Shown piece after piece: positions 10,782 to 22,533 of a stretch of 61,702 nt of DNA. The stretch's first letter is position 1, and each line of letters begins with the position of its first letter. A model generated the notes under the pieces. The model was not told the DNA's origin, did no database searches, and worked only from the letters and a program-made list of their open reading frames with translations. Source of the DNA: Mesotaenium endlicherianum (taxonomy: Eukaryota); NCBI GenBank assembly GCA_009602735.1, contig WELA01002856.1:186001-247702 (forward strand), read 5' to 3'. The position numbers and the translations under genes were made by a program.

Positions 10782-13700
10782 GAAGACGAGAACTCACAAG
10801 GAGGTTATCCCCAGGAGCCTGCCGAGAAGCAAAGGACGAGACGTTGACAAGCCTATCATCGTGGAAGGAGTGGTCGACGGCAACAATGCGAAGTGTATGG
10901 TCGACAGTGGCGCAAGTGCAAACTTTGTGCACAAGAAGCTGGTGAAAGAGTGGCGAGTCCCTGTGCAGAAGCATTATGAGCCTAAGGAGGCAATTTTGGC
11001 AAATGGGCAGAGACTCAAGTGTGGTGCACCTACGGAAGCTATTCACGTGGAAGTAGCGGGGCACCGGAGTAAGGAAGTTATGGAGCAGGCAGAGTTGGGT
11101 CACCATGAGGTGATATTGGGCCGACCATGGCTAAGGAAAGCCAACCCTCAAGTGCACTGGAGCACAGGACAAGTGAAAGTCCAAGGGCGTGATGGTCGAA
11201 TGGAGACAGCGAAACAGGTGGAGGTAGATACGACCACAAGTAACTGTCTTCTGTCGAGCCTGCAAGTTAAGAAGCTATGCAGGGCGAATCAGGTGAAGGA
11301 GATGTACCTTGTTTCGGTGGCCCTGGCCAGGTCATCAGATGGAGCAAGCGTGAATCCTAACAGCCTGGGCGAATGTACATCGCCGGAGGAGCAAGTAGTG
11401 GTGTCTGATCCCCTTGCTCAGAAGGAGCAGAGCCCAACTGCTCAAGAGAAGAAGCCTGCTGAGATGCCTGCCCAAATTAAGGCGCTGTTGGAGGAGTTCA
11501 AGTGCGTATTTCCTGAGGAACTACCTGCAGGATTACCTCCACAGAGAGCTATGGAGCACAAGATTGAGTTGGAACCAGGGAGCAAGCCACCAGTGAGACC
11601 CGCCTATCGACAATCGTTTGCGGAGTTGGATGAGTTGAAGAAGCAGCTGACAGAGTTGTTGGAGAAGGGATTCATCCGACCCAGCGAGTCTCCATTTGCA
11701 GCGCCAGTCTTATTTGTGAAGAAGAAGGATGGGACTATGAGGATGTGTGTCGACTACCGGGCACTCAACAAGGTCACCATCAAGAACAGGTACCCACTTC
11801 CACGAGTGGACGAGTTGATTGACAGGCTTGTCGGGGCGAAGTATTTCTCGAAGATCGATTTGAGGAGTGGCTATCACCAGGTACGGATTGCGGAAGGAGA
11901 CGTTCAGAAGACTGCTTTCAGAACTCGCTATGGTTTCTTCGAGTTCACAGTCATGCCTTTTGGATTGACTAATGCACCTGCTACATTCATGGGACTCATG
12001 AATAATATCTTCAGACCCTACTTGGACCAGTTTGTAGTTGTATTTTTGGACGACATCCTGATCTATTCGAAGACCTTGGAGGAGCATGTGGAGCATCTGA
12101 GAAAGGTGTTGGAGGTCTTGAGAGATCAGAAGCTGTATGGGAAGATGAGCAAGTGCGACTTCTGTCTCAATGAAGTTGAGTTTCTTGAACACATAGTGGG
12201 AGCTGAAGGAGTCAAGGTGGAGCAGAAGAAGGTGCAAGCAGTCAGAGATTGGCCGGTACCTGCTGATATTCATCAACTCAGGAGTTTCCTTGGCATGGCG
12301 AATTATTATCGACGTTTCATTGAAGGATTTGCCAAGGTGTGTGCACCGCTCACGGACATGTTGAAGAAGCAGGAGAAGTGGCTATGGGGTGACAAGGAGC
12401 AGCAAGCCTTCGAGAAGATTAAAGAGCTGTTAACACAGGCACCTGTGTTGGCAATTGCCAGTCCAGAGCTTCCTTTCACCANGGAGCTTCCTTTCACCAT
12501 CATCACGGACGCATCAAATTTCGCAGTGGGGGCTATTCTTCTCTAGGACCAGGGCAAAGGATTGCAGCCTGTGGCATATGAGAGCAGAAAGTTGAGTCCT
12601 GCGGAGCAGAACTATGCAGCACACGAGCGAGAGATGTTGGCTATTATCCAGGCTTTGAGGATTTGGCGATGTTATGTGGACGGCCGGAAGGTGTTTATTA
12701 AGACCGACCACAAGAGCTTGGAGAAATTTATGACGCAACCAACGTTGACACCAAGACAGGCAAGGTGGATGGAGTTTCTGCAACAGTTCGACCACAAGAT
12801 TGAGTACTTACCTGGGAAGATCAACCCTGCAGACGCTTTATCCAGGAGGTGTGACCTTGCAGCTGTCTCAGTCATCAAGGAGAATATGGACTTCAAGGAG
12901 AAGCTTCAAAGAGGTTATGAGGAGGACCCACAGTTTGCTGATGGTGGAGCAGCGGAGTTCAACGCGAGTATGCAGAAGAAGGACGGCATATGGTATTATG
13001 GTGATTCCAAGAGAGTGGTGGTACCTGACATCAAGGAGCTACGAGACTTACTACTTGCGGAGCATCATGACTGCTTATATGCTGGACACTTTGGAAGCGA
13101 GAAGACGGCAAGCGTGCTGAAGCGGGAATACTACTGGAGAAATATGGACAAGGACATCGAGGAGTGGATCAGGAGTTGCGATGCGTGCCAGAGAAACAAG
13201 ACACCAAATCAAAAGAAGGGAGGTACATTGCGACCCCTGCCTATTCCAGAGTATCCTTGGGAGCAGATTGCTATGGACTTCATCACATCGTTACCAGTCA
13301 GTGGTCAAGGGCACGATGCAGTATGGGTTGTGTCTGACAGACTCAGCAAGATGGCTCACTTCATTCCCATGAAGGAGACTTCTACGGCAGCAGATGTGGC
13401 ACGGCTATTCTTTGATCATATTTTTAGGCTACATGGGTTGCCGAAGGTGATTGTTTCAGATCGACATCCAAGGTTTACTGGCAACTTTTGGCGGTCATTG
13501 TTTACTTTGATGGGGACCAAGCTGAGTATGAGCACTTCCTATCACCCTCAGACAGACGGGCAGAGTGAGAGGCTCAACAGAACTCTGCAAGAGGTGCTCA
13601 GGAGTTTCACTATGGAGGACCCTTCAGAGTGAGACAAGAAGCTACCAGGGTTGGAGTTTGGCTACAACAACAGCATGCAGGGATCGACCAAGCAGTCACC

Positions 13701-14369
13701 ATTCGCTATGATTTATGGGAGAGAAGTATATCATTCAGGGAACATCTTGTTGGAGAAGGCGAAGGAGACTCAGGTTCCTACTACACAAGCGTTTATGGAG
13801 CAGATGGCCAACACGTGGGATACGGCGAAGACGTGTATTCGGAAGGCACAACAAGAGCAGGTCAAGCATGCTAACAAGCACAGGAGGGAAGTGACATTCC
13901 AAGTGGGCGACAAAGTACTCTTGTAGAGAACCTACCTTTCACGAGCAAGAGGAAACTGCGGGCACGGTTTACAAGTCCCTTTGAAGGGCTCAAGCAGGTG
14001 AATCCAGTGACCTACAAGTTGGAACTTCCTCCAGGATGGTGTATCCATGATGTGTTCCATGTCAGTTGTCTACGGCCATACGTTGACCCGAATGAAGGAC
14101 ATCCAGGACGACTACCTACACCGCCACCACCGGTCGAGATCGATGATGTATTGGAGTATGAAGTGGAGGCGATTGTCGGCGATCGACGAGTCAAGCGAGG
14201 TCAACGAGTTGTCCAAGAGTATCTGGTCAAGTGGAAAGGCTACCATGCGGACGACAACACTTGGGAGCCAGAGGCCAACTTGACTCATTGTAAGAGTAAG
14301 TTGAGACGTTATCTGCAGAATGCGTCGAGGACGTCGCATCTTGAGGAGGGGGATGATGTAAGGTCATAG
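10735..14369 (+). pseudogene. pol: pol of element B (protease, RT, RNase H, integrase, chromodomain)
   Basis: VDSGAS, FLDD, TDAS, HHCC, chromodomain EYEVEAIV..YLVKWKGY..NTWEP; in-frame stops at 12544, 13630 and 13924, and a frame change near 13930-13995; the frame runs through the PPT into the LTR. Confidence 0.93.
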
Positions 14370-15100
14370 GTTTATAAAGTGCATTTTTGAGTTTCATAAA
14401 AGTATGTTTTGATTGTATAGTAGTGTAGAGTGCATTTTTGTGGTCATTTTGATATAAAGTTCATCGAATTTGGTCAAGTATTGAGAGAGTTATGGATTTC
14501 CGAAGTTTAATTAGTTTTGAGGTCGGTTGACGACTGTCCTTAATTCGCGGTGAGCGCGACCGTCGGATTGACCGACAGCGTCGAGCGATCTGGCCCGTTA
14601 GAATGAACTCGAACCTTCACGTAAGTTCGGCTGACGCGGAGTGCTGACTAGGTCGATTTACCTAGAAGTTTCGGTTTAGCCTAGCACGTCTAAGATAGAA
14701 TATTCTAGTAATATCGATGCATGTATGTGGACGCCAATTCGGCCCGACACGTCAGATTAGACTGATCTGGCTATTTCACGAATATTCTGGAAGGGACGAT
14801 TTGACGAACACTTAGGAAAATCCGTAGCTTCCTCCTAGGGAGGAGCACTTAGGCAGAAAATTATAAATAGGCATAACTTCTTTGTTTCTTATCAGTTTTC
14901 ACTTCTGTAAATTTCTACGGGTTTGTAACGACAAGGCCTTTCATCCTACATCATTTGTGAGCACTTTCTTGCCACTCAAAATGTCAAGTAATTTTCCTAC
15001 GCTTTCTTAGCAATATGCCGCTGCACTCTTGAGTATGATTGCAACTAGCTTTGTTCCTCGTGAGTCACTACGCTTCCACTAGGGCACTCTGCCCCTTTCA
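14357..15100 (+). repeat. 3' LTR of element B
   Basis: Preceded by PPT GAGGAGGGGGATGA (14343-14356); direct repeat of 8944-9687. Confidence 0.95.
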
Positions 15101-16125
15101 AGGCTCCAAGAAACACATCTGGAACGCCTCGATGAGCTCCATAACTTGGGCATACGCACATACTCTTAGTGCTTGCACCTCATCTTGTGCACGCACACAC
15201 GTCGTCTTGCAAGCGGGCTTCTCTTGAGCTCAGTTTCTAGGAGCTCCTCCACTTGAGCAGTTGGGGTCTGCTCTATATATGAGCAAGGGGATCATACACC
15301 TCTACTTGCTCCACCGGCGATGTACATTCGCCAAGGTTGTTAGGAGGCACGCTTACTCTGTGTGATGACCGGGCCAAGGTCACCAAAACAAGCGCTTCTC
15401 CTTCACCTTCACCTTCCCGCGTCGCTTCTTTGCTAGCGGGCTGAAGATAGCTACTTGTGGTCATATCTACCTCCACCTATTTCACTATCCTCACTTGACC
15501 ATACTCCTCCTTGGTCTTCACTTGACCCGTGCACTAAAGCACTAGAGGATAGGCTACTCTCTTTGTGCAACTCCTTCCACATGCTTAGCTTCTTGAGTGC
15601 ACTCTAGCCTTGGTCACCCCAATGACACTTCTTACTACTAAACCCAGCTTGCCTTGGTGCTCTACTTTCACATGAAGAGCTTCCATAGATGCACCAAAAT
15701 CTGCCCCTTAACTATGCCATCACACAACTAATGGCACACACGCTTCAAGTGGGAGACATCTCTTGCACTAGCCCTCTTGCACCAACTTCATACTTTGCTT
15801 CTTCTTCCACACCATAGACTTGTCTTCATCATAGTTCTCCACTCCATATACTCCGTAGTACTCTCCTCCATAAGAAAAAAGAAATCTAAACTTGAAAGGC
15901 TCGATCTCCATCTCTCCTCTTTGAAGGAAAATCTGGAATACTTCTTCTTGCTCCAAGCCTTCTCCACGATGCTTCTCTTCACTTGAGGCTTCTTCAATCT
16001 CCATACAAGGTACCAAGCTCCATCATGGCTGGCCTCAAATAACCAGTGGCTACATAGGAGTGATGCAAGGCAACCCGAATCTGGCCACATACTTGGCCAA
16101 CTTGGTGCAACACCCCGGTGCACCC

Positions 16126-16795
16126 TGTAATGAATCAGTATATTGGTTGACATAATATTCATTTAAATAATATAGTTAAATAAGTTCAGCCTGCTGAACT
16201 CTAGTTAACGATCAGTCTGCTGGACTTCATATTTCATATCAGTTTAATGACTCAGGCCGGAAGTAGCAGGCTGAGGTCACCTTAAGTCAGCTTGCTGACA
16301 CATTCTTTGACAGCCAGCTGACTTCCGTACTCGGTAGCAGCGAACTGCCTCGATATGCATCTAAGTGTGGTATGCTAGGTGAATGGCCAGATGACATCCC
16401 TATGATGGATGGCGATTCGGGATGATGGGAGATGGCGGTGCCATCGCACTGGCCGTTGAACAGTAAACTCATTCCATGTACATATGCTAGGCATTGCTCT
16501 CGAGTTTGGCATTCGGAAACGAGGCCAACTCTCTTGTACAGCTTACTGAGAGAGATCTGAATCCAAGGCGAGAAGCCATTGATACGCACTGTCTTCTAAC
16601 CTTGCTTATGTATGAGTTTACTGATTTGCATTATTGATGCTAGTTTACTCGCATTTGACTGACGAGTATTATTCACTGCTAGTGTGTTGTCCTTTGCCGT
16701 TAAACCGGTTAACGGGAAATACCATAGAGATTACTTGCTGATATAAAGATCTTTATCAATTGTTAATCGCTTATTTGGTAAGTCGATTCATTTCA
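16126..16795 (+). repeat. Solo LTR of family A inserted in element C
   Basis: TGTAATG..TTTCA flanked by perfect TSD CACCC (16121-16125 / 16796-16800); about 52-bp internal deletion. Confidence 0.95.
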
Positions 16796-17382
16796 CACCC
16801 TCTCTTGAGCTTCTCATGAGTTCCTCTTGAGCCTGCGAGTGCTATGCCCGCCAAAGCTCCTAGACTTGCAAGTACACATGCTTGCTAAGTCCCTGGTTGC
16901 CTACCCTTAAAATCTGCTCCACCTTCATTGAAGATCTGAAATAAAGATGGGCACACACTCCTTTCTAGCCACTATCACCTCTATGCTAAGCCCCCTCATC
17001 AAAGAAAGAGCTTAACACTAAAGAGCTTGCATCTTCAAGGAAAAATCCAGCCGTGTGAACTCCAGATCTTTATGCTCATATGTCTCCATACTCAAGCAAA
17101 GGCTGCTCTATATTACTTATATCACTACCATGCTTGGGCAACCTTCTTATACTACAAAGAAGACGTACAAAAATCTGGTTGCATCCAAGTTAACACTTCT
17201 TGGAGCACCTCCCACTTCCCATCTCCTCCCTCCTTCAAGAGAGTGAGATGCTAGCTTGCATCAACGTCTTCATGGCTGCCCTTAGCAACTTATAAATCAT
17301 CCTTGCTTCTCCTCCCTACCCTCTCTACACTTCTACAAGCATCACCAACCAAAGCTCCCTCTACCAAATGAAGCAACTAGGT

Positions 17383-17395
17383 TGCTCCGATACCA
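17383..17395 (-). promoter_or_regulatory. Primer binding site (tRNA-iMet type), element C
   Basis: TGCTCCGATACCA on + is TGGTATCGGAGCA on -, 2 nt from the LTR end. Confidence 0.88.
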
Positions 17396-17397
17396 TG

Positions 17398-18117
17398 TGA
17401 AAGGGGGAAGGGTGCGGGGAGTGCGCCCATGCACACTCACGCACCCTCACCCGCGAGTGGAAGCGTGCACGAGGACCTTTCCTAGTTGCATACACAAGGT
17501 GGAGTGGCCTGGTGGTATGCCTCCCTTGCAAGAGTTGGAGGGCTACATGAGAGAGAGGAGTTGAAAAGAACTCACTTTATTAAGAAAAGTCGTGTACAAG
17601 ATACGAAGGTTAGACTAGAATAGAATAAGCCCCCTCTACTTCCTTGTGCTTCCCATTTATCCTTTTACTCTAAGTGTCCTCTCTAGCAAAGTACCTCCAG
17701 AACCTTCTCCTATGGCTCCTTCCATGTAGGTGACCTTGCCTAGTTGGACAAGCTAGCACACTCACACGCACACAATCACACTCTAGAATATTCTACTACA
17801 CAAACCACTAACTCCTCACGGAATTTCTAGAAATTCCACGATCACTTTGGCACTCTACGTAATTGTACGTACTTTCTGGAACCCTCATGTTTCAATGTCC
17901 TACTTTCTGGACTCCAACCGAAATTTTCGTCACTGGACCTATCCTTGTCACCAAATAGAATCTGTGACATTTAAAACTAACTAAAAAACTTCCAAAATTC
18001 ATAACTATCTCAATACTTGTCCAAATGACGTGAAATGAAGGCCAAAGTTCTTCTAGAATCACACTCTATGCACATAAAATACTAGAGAGAAACAAACTAC
18101 ACATTCATAACCTTACA
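17398..18117 (-). repeat. 5' LTR of element C
   Basis: Direct repeat of 6591-7309; followed on the minus strand by PBS TGGTATCGGAGCA. Confidence 0.93.
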
Positions 18118-18303
18118 ATATTTGAGTTTACTGATTGCATGATTAATGCTCGTTTATTTGCATTTGACGCGCGAGTATTGTAATACTAGTTGTGGAGTCT
18201 TTTGCTGTTTATTAAGTACCCAGAAAGTACCACAAAGAGAACTTGTTGATGTAAAGATCTTTTATTGATTGTTAATCGCTTAACAGTAGGTTAATTCATT
18301 TTA
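18118..18303 (+). repeat. Remainder of the A2 3' LTR, split by element C
   Basis: Continues the family A LTR (..TGAGTTTACTGATT..TGTTAATCGC..TTCATTTTA) exactly where 6590 stops. Confidence 0.85.
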
Positions 18304-18827
18304 ACAGTATGCATGAAACCTCGCAGGATTTCCTCAGAACAGCTTAACTTGTTCGTCGTCACTCAACATGCATGCACGCCTCGTGATTGTTGAGCGTGCC
18401 TGCTTAACTTTGAGTCAACATGCACGCTTAGGTGGCCTTGGGCCCACGTCTCTTGAGGTGGCTGCTTAAGGCGTGGCAGCCTCACCACAGGTCCATGGTT
18501 GAGGTGGCCTTCCCACGCAAGCTTGGACAACTTGGCCCTTGCCAGAGTGGTTGCGCAGTCACTGCTATCCTTCTTGGCGTTTGCCAATGTGGTCCGTTTG
18601 CCGGTCCGAGCATAGTCAGCTTTCCAGCAGACTTTGCTTTGTCAATATCCCACTCATCCCTGAGTGTTGGGATTTACTAGCCAGTCACGCTTTCTGTGAC
18701 TTGACTTGACTTGACTTTATGGTTCTAAGTCAAGTAGGTGGTGAGTCAACGTTTGACTTTCTGTACCTGGTGGCTGTGACTTGTGTTACGCGCACAGCGC
18801 CGTCAAACTGGCAGCAGTCGCGACAGC

Positions 18828-19010
18828 TGTCGTGCCTAATGGCATCGAACCCTGGGCACGTGGGTGGCTTTCTAGCACGTGTACGGTCGACCTGGTCGAT
18901 GCGTCGGTGGCCCTCCCTGCTCGTGGGTTCTCCCTGGTCGGTGCGTCGCTGCACCTGAGGAGTTGACCTAGTCGATTGCCCTTCACATGTGTGTCGGTGG
19001 ACAACCAATG
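18828..19010. repeat. Unclassified dispersed repeat, copy 1
   Basis: Alignable by eye to about 54630-54790 (GTCGTGCCTAA..CGACCTGGTCGATG.GTCGGTGGCCCTCC..GTGTCGGTG); boundaries uncertain. Confidence 0.65.
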
Positions 19011-19331
19011 ACCCATAGCTAGGAGTTTCGGCCACAGGCTTGTCCCCTCTGGTCCCCTCCATGGAATCTTATACGTGGACGCTGCCATTTTGGCGCGTTC
19101 ATTCCGTCAAACGTTACAGGCTAGTTTATTGCATTAATTCGCCTGGAGGAAGGTGATCATGAGAGCGAAGGATGCAGGACAATTGGTTCCTCTAATGCTT
19201 CGTTCGCAACCACATTACTTGAACTTGTCGTCCATGTCGCACGACAAGGACGTATTACAGCAGCCTTAAGGTACCTCGTTGGCAAGTTAGATTTGTCATC
19301 AGATATTGGAGTGTCGAGTATACTGGAAGCC

Positions 19332-21030
19332 ATGAGTGCGGAGAGGCCAAAGGAGTTGCTTCTTGACGAGAAATGGGACCAGTGTATTGATCTGACTCTT
19401 CGACGAGTTGTCTACAGCAGTCTTTCCGGTGTTGTTGGAGGTCTTCTTCTACTTCGTAAGTGAGCTTATCTCAAGCCGTTACTTGTTGAAGTTTTAATTA
19501 CGTCGGTTTTACGCTCGAACAGCTTGTATCATATGATTTGTTTGCTCTTCCGTCTACGATTTGTGCTTTACGAATCGCATGAGCTTTCATGATCAGATGA
19601 CATTAGCCTCACTGATGCCTTTTCCGCTTTGAGTTTCAAAAAGAGCTCCAGTTTGCCTCGTTCAGCAAGCATAGATTAATGGAACGGAAAGATGTTGTCA
19701 TTCCTATTCTTGCAAGGATACTCCTCGATCTTACTTCATTGAGATTTCTTTCTTGACGAGTCTCTTATAAGCACGACATCTAATGCTATAGTCAACGGAA
19801 TCTCAGACCAAGAGTCAGAGGATATCAGACAAGGAGAGATTCGTAACTAATATCAAAATGTGGAGGAATAGCTATGGCAAAATGGGTCAGGAAAGCTTAC
19901 TGGTGAGTCGGGTTTACATGAAGTTACGCAAGGAATGGTGTCGTAGACCAAGAAATAACGGAGAGCTTCCTGGAGCTTAAAATAAGAGCTTGTTGTTACT
20001 TTCTTAATATTTAGTGAAGGAATTGCTTCCAAACGTGTATTTGTCGGGATGTGTTTGCATACATATTGTATGGTGAATAGGCAAAAGGTTTTGCAACTGT
20101 GTTGAGGGCAATATGGAAGCATCTGAGCCAGGTTGTTCTGATGCTGACTAGTTGCTACCGACCTTGCAGCCAGGGAAGAGAAGGGAGCCTGGCCTGCTGG
20201 CGAAGGCGACTGTAGGTCGGACATGGCAGAATGTTTGTGTTGCATCACGCGTGGTGAATGAAAAGTAGTAAAATCTGAAGTGATACGGTAATGACTTCGT
20301 GTGCTAATGCTGATAGTGATGTATTGCAAAATTACTGGCTACCTTCCAGTGCCTATGACTTAAGTACTATAAGTATCTCAAAGAAGCCCTTCAGCAAGTA
20401 AGTTCCTATCATATACCTGTATCTGAGGTGTGCTAGTGTGTATGTGTGCCATCCAGGAAGTCCTGTGAGCAGGTGGGCTGCTGTAGCATTTGGTGCTGGT
20501 GCAGGTATAGGATCAGCCTATACTGATTGTTCACATATATTTGATGGCAAGATGCCTAAGTGGCCTGTTGCTTCACAACCTTCCTCTCAGGCCGAGTCAC
20601 CACCCCCTCAGGTTGTCCTCATCCTGCTTCTTACTCTCTGGATTGCAGTTCTGTGAAAGCTAGATGCATAGTCAGCTTCAAACTTTTGTCATCTTGGGTT
20701 CAAGATGCTTTATCTTTTGGAGCTAGTCTGGTTCAACCAAGCACTGTGTGTTCGAGTAGAAGCCATTATTGTGGATAGAGTCGTTTAGGTTAGTCTACCT
20801 GCTTCACCTTGTGCCAAGACTTTGGCACATGCTAATGCTTTTTGCCTCTTGCACCTATTTAAGTCAACAGCCTCCCCAAGGCCTAAACATGTGCTGTCAC
20901 CCATATGCCCTATTACTATTCGAGAATGTTGAGGCCGGTATGTACCCTTTCTTTTGATGTACTCCATAATGGAAGGACATGCTTATAGGCGTGTACTGAT
21001 AATGTCATATGGTCCATGCAGCAGGACTGA
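19332..21030 (+). CDS. MIC10: MICOS complex subunit MIC10; exons 19332-19455, 20457-20611, 21022(or 21025)-21030
   Basis: Spliced translation MSAERPKELLLDEKWDQCIDLTLRRVVYSSLSGVVGGLLLLR-SPVSRWAAVAFGAGAGIGSAYTDC; KWD and GxGxGxGxAY motifs; GT-AG junctions in phase; last exon less certain. Confidence 0.88.
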
Positions 21031-22533
21031 CACGGCCGCACCAGTTGTATTTGACTTTCTTCGAAAGAGGATGTGCATCAAAAGTGTAGGGCAATAATAG
21101 TGTCGAAGAATTGAGGCCATTTTGAGACAAGTTTATGGTGCAGCATAATCTTGTCCACAGTAGTGTACTTCTCATGATATTTTATGGCTAAGTGTCTTTC
21201 TGTGGGCTTAAGGATTGCAAAATTGCAATGGAGTGTGATCAACGTGCGTCTTACTGATCAATAATAACCAGCACTTTCAACTTGTCATGGGTGAAAGTAA
21301 TGAAAAGTCGTTGCTCTTGATATCGATTTTTTAGGCCAGCCTTGGTGCAGATATTCTGATGAGCAAACAGTATCTGCTGTAGCTTGTGTAGCCTCCACTT
21401 TAGAAAAGAAGGTAGGTGATGCTGATGTTGGAGTTACTTCTTGGGCAACATGAGCAATCCATAGAAATTATTTGCCAAGAGTCATGCAGACTGTGTGGTT
21501 GTACTTGTTCTTTTGCCGACTGATGTAGTACTTGCCTTTATCTTCTCTGTTTTCTCAAATTGCATCAAGCGCTTTTAGATATTGAGATTCTTCTTTGTAT
21601 CCTCCCCTTCATGAATTTATCCCAACTGTTTCCTCTGTAGTGAGTTTGGTGCTGATAGACATTCCGAATTTGGTGCCCAGCAGAAGTAAAATATGTCTTT
21701 GCCCCTGCATAGTTTTGACGAGGCAAACATACTATATTCTTTCAGATAGCAATCCATACAAAATTTACACCTTCAAGCTTAAGGTTGACATCAGTCATTC
21801 TATCATTGTCAAAAATGTAGACTGAGATAGGACATGATTGTAGTTGCATCTGGGTCTTGGCTCCTCTCTGCACTGCCATAAAAATTGTATGACATAGCAA
21901 CCAGAAAGACACTTCAACCCACCGAAAGGCTTCTAGTATCGCTTGTAATTATGTTTACATCACAGACCTGAAACTAGAAAGAGAGAAGCTGCATGACATT
22001 ATTTGCCGTGTTCCAGAAATGCATTTGCAAGCTGTGGTATAGACAATTTCACTCCTTGTTATTCGTGAAAACCGTGGACCAAGGCACTGAAAGGGAGTTC
22101 TCAATATGGAATTTCTTTGATCTAAACTACTATATACTTGGTGAACACAGATATAGGCAAGGTATACAAGTGCAACCAGATCAATATCTACGAGGGCTAA
22201 AAATCATCAATAAGGGAAAAACATAACATTTTGTAAATCAGACCAGGCAACGTGGACATGAACTGTCTCTGTCTTAAATGAAGTAGCGGCATGGAATATA
22301 GCACATTGGTGAGAAGAGGGCGTACATCCATTGCCAAATAACTTCAATATTGACACTGCCAGTGCTTCAGGTGTCCATCCTCCTGGAGATGTTGATCTAG
22401 CAATACACACTACAGCCCTGCATCCCACAGCAGAGCGAGAGGCTCATCCTACATATACCTGTGTCACTTGTAAAATGACAGGTTGAACCATTACAATTTA
22501 TCAACCTTGTACTACCCAAGATTCTGCATGGAC

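Larger units (their letters stand above)
8944..15100 (+). mobile_element. Full-length Ty3/gypsy chromovirus (family B), disrupted pol
   Basis: 744-bp LTRs at 8944-9687 and 14357-15100; perfect TSD AGGCT (8939-8943 / 15101-15105); PBS at 9690; gag, pol, chromodomain, PPT. Confidence 0.97.
6591..18117 (-). mobile_element. Non-autonomous Ty3/gypsy-derived LTR element (family C) with two nested insertions
   Basis: LTRs at 6591-7309 and 17398-18117; PBS at 17383-17395 (-); PPT at 7310-7323 (-); TSD ATATA/ATATT; decayed gag-protease-linker remnants similar to element B, no recognisable RT or integrase. Confidence 0.9.

Noticed and set aside
12466..12500. Short duplication around an N in B pol (similar at 55255-55285)
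   Set aside because: Duplicated sequence flanking an N is typical of a scaffolding artefact
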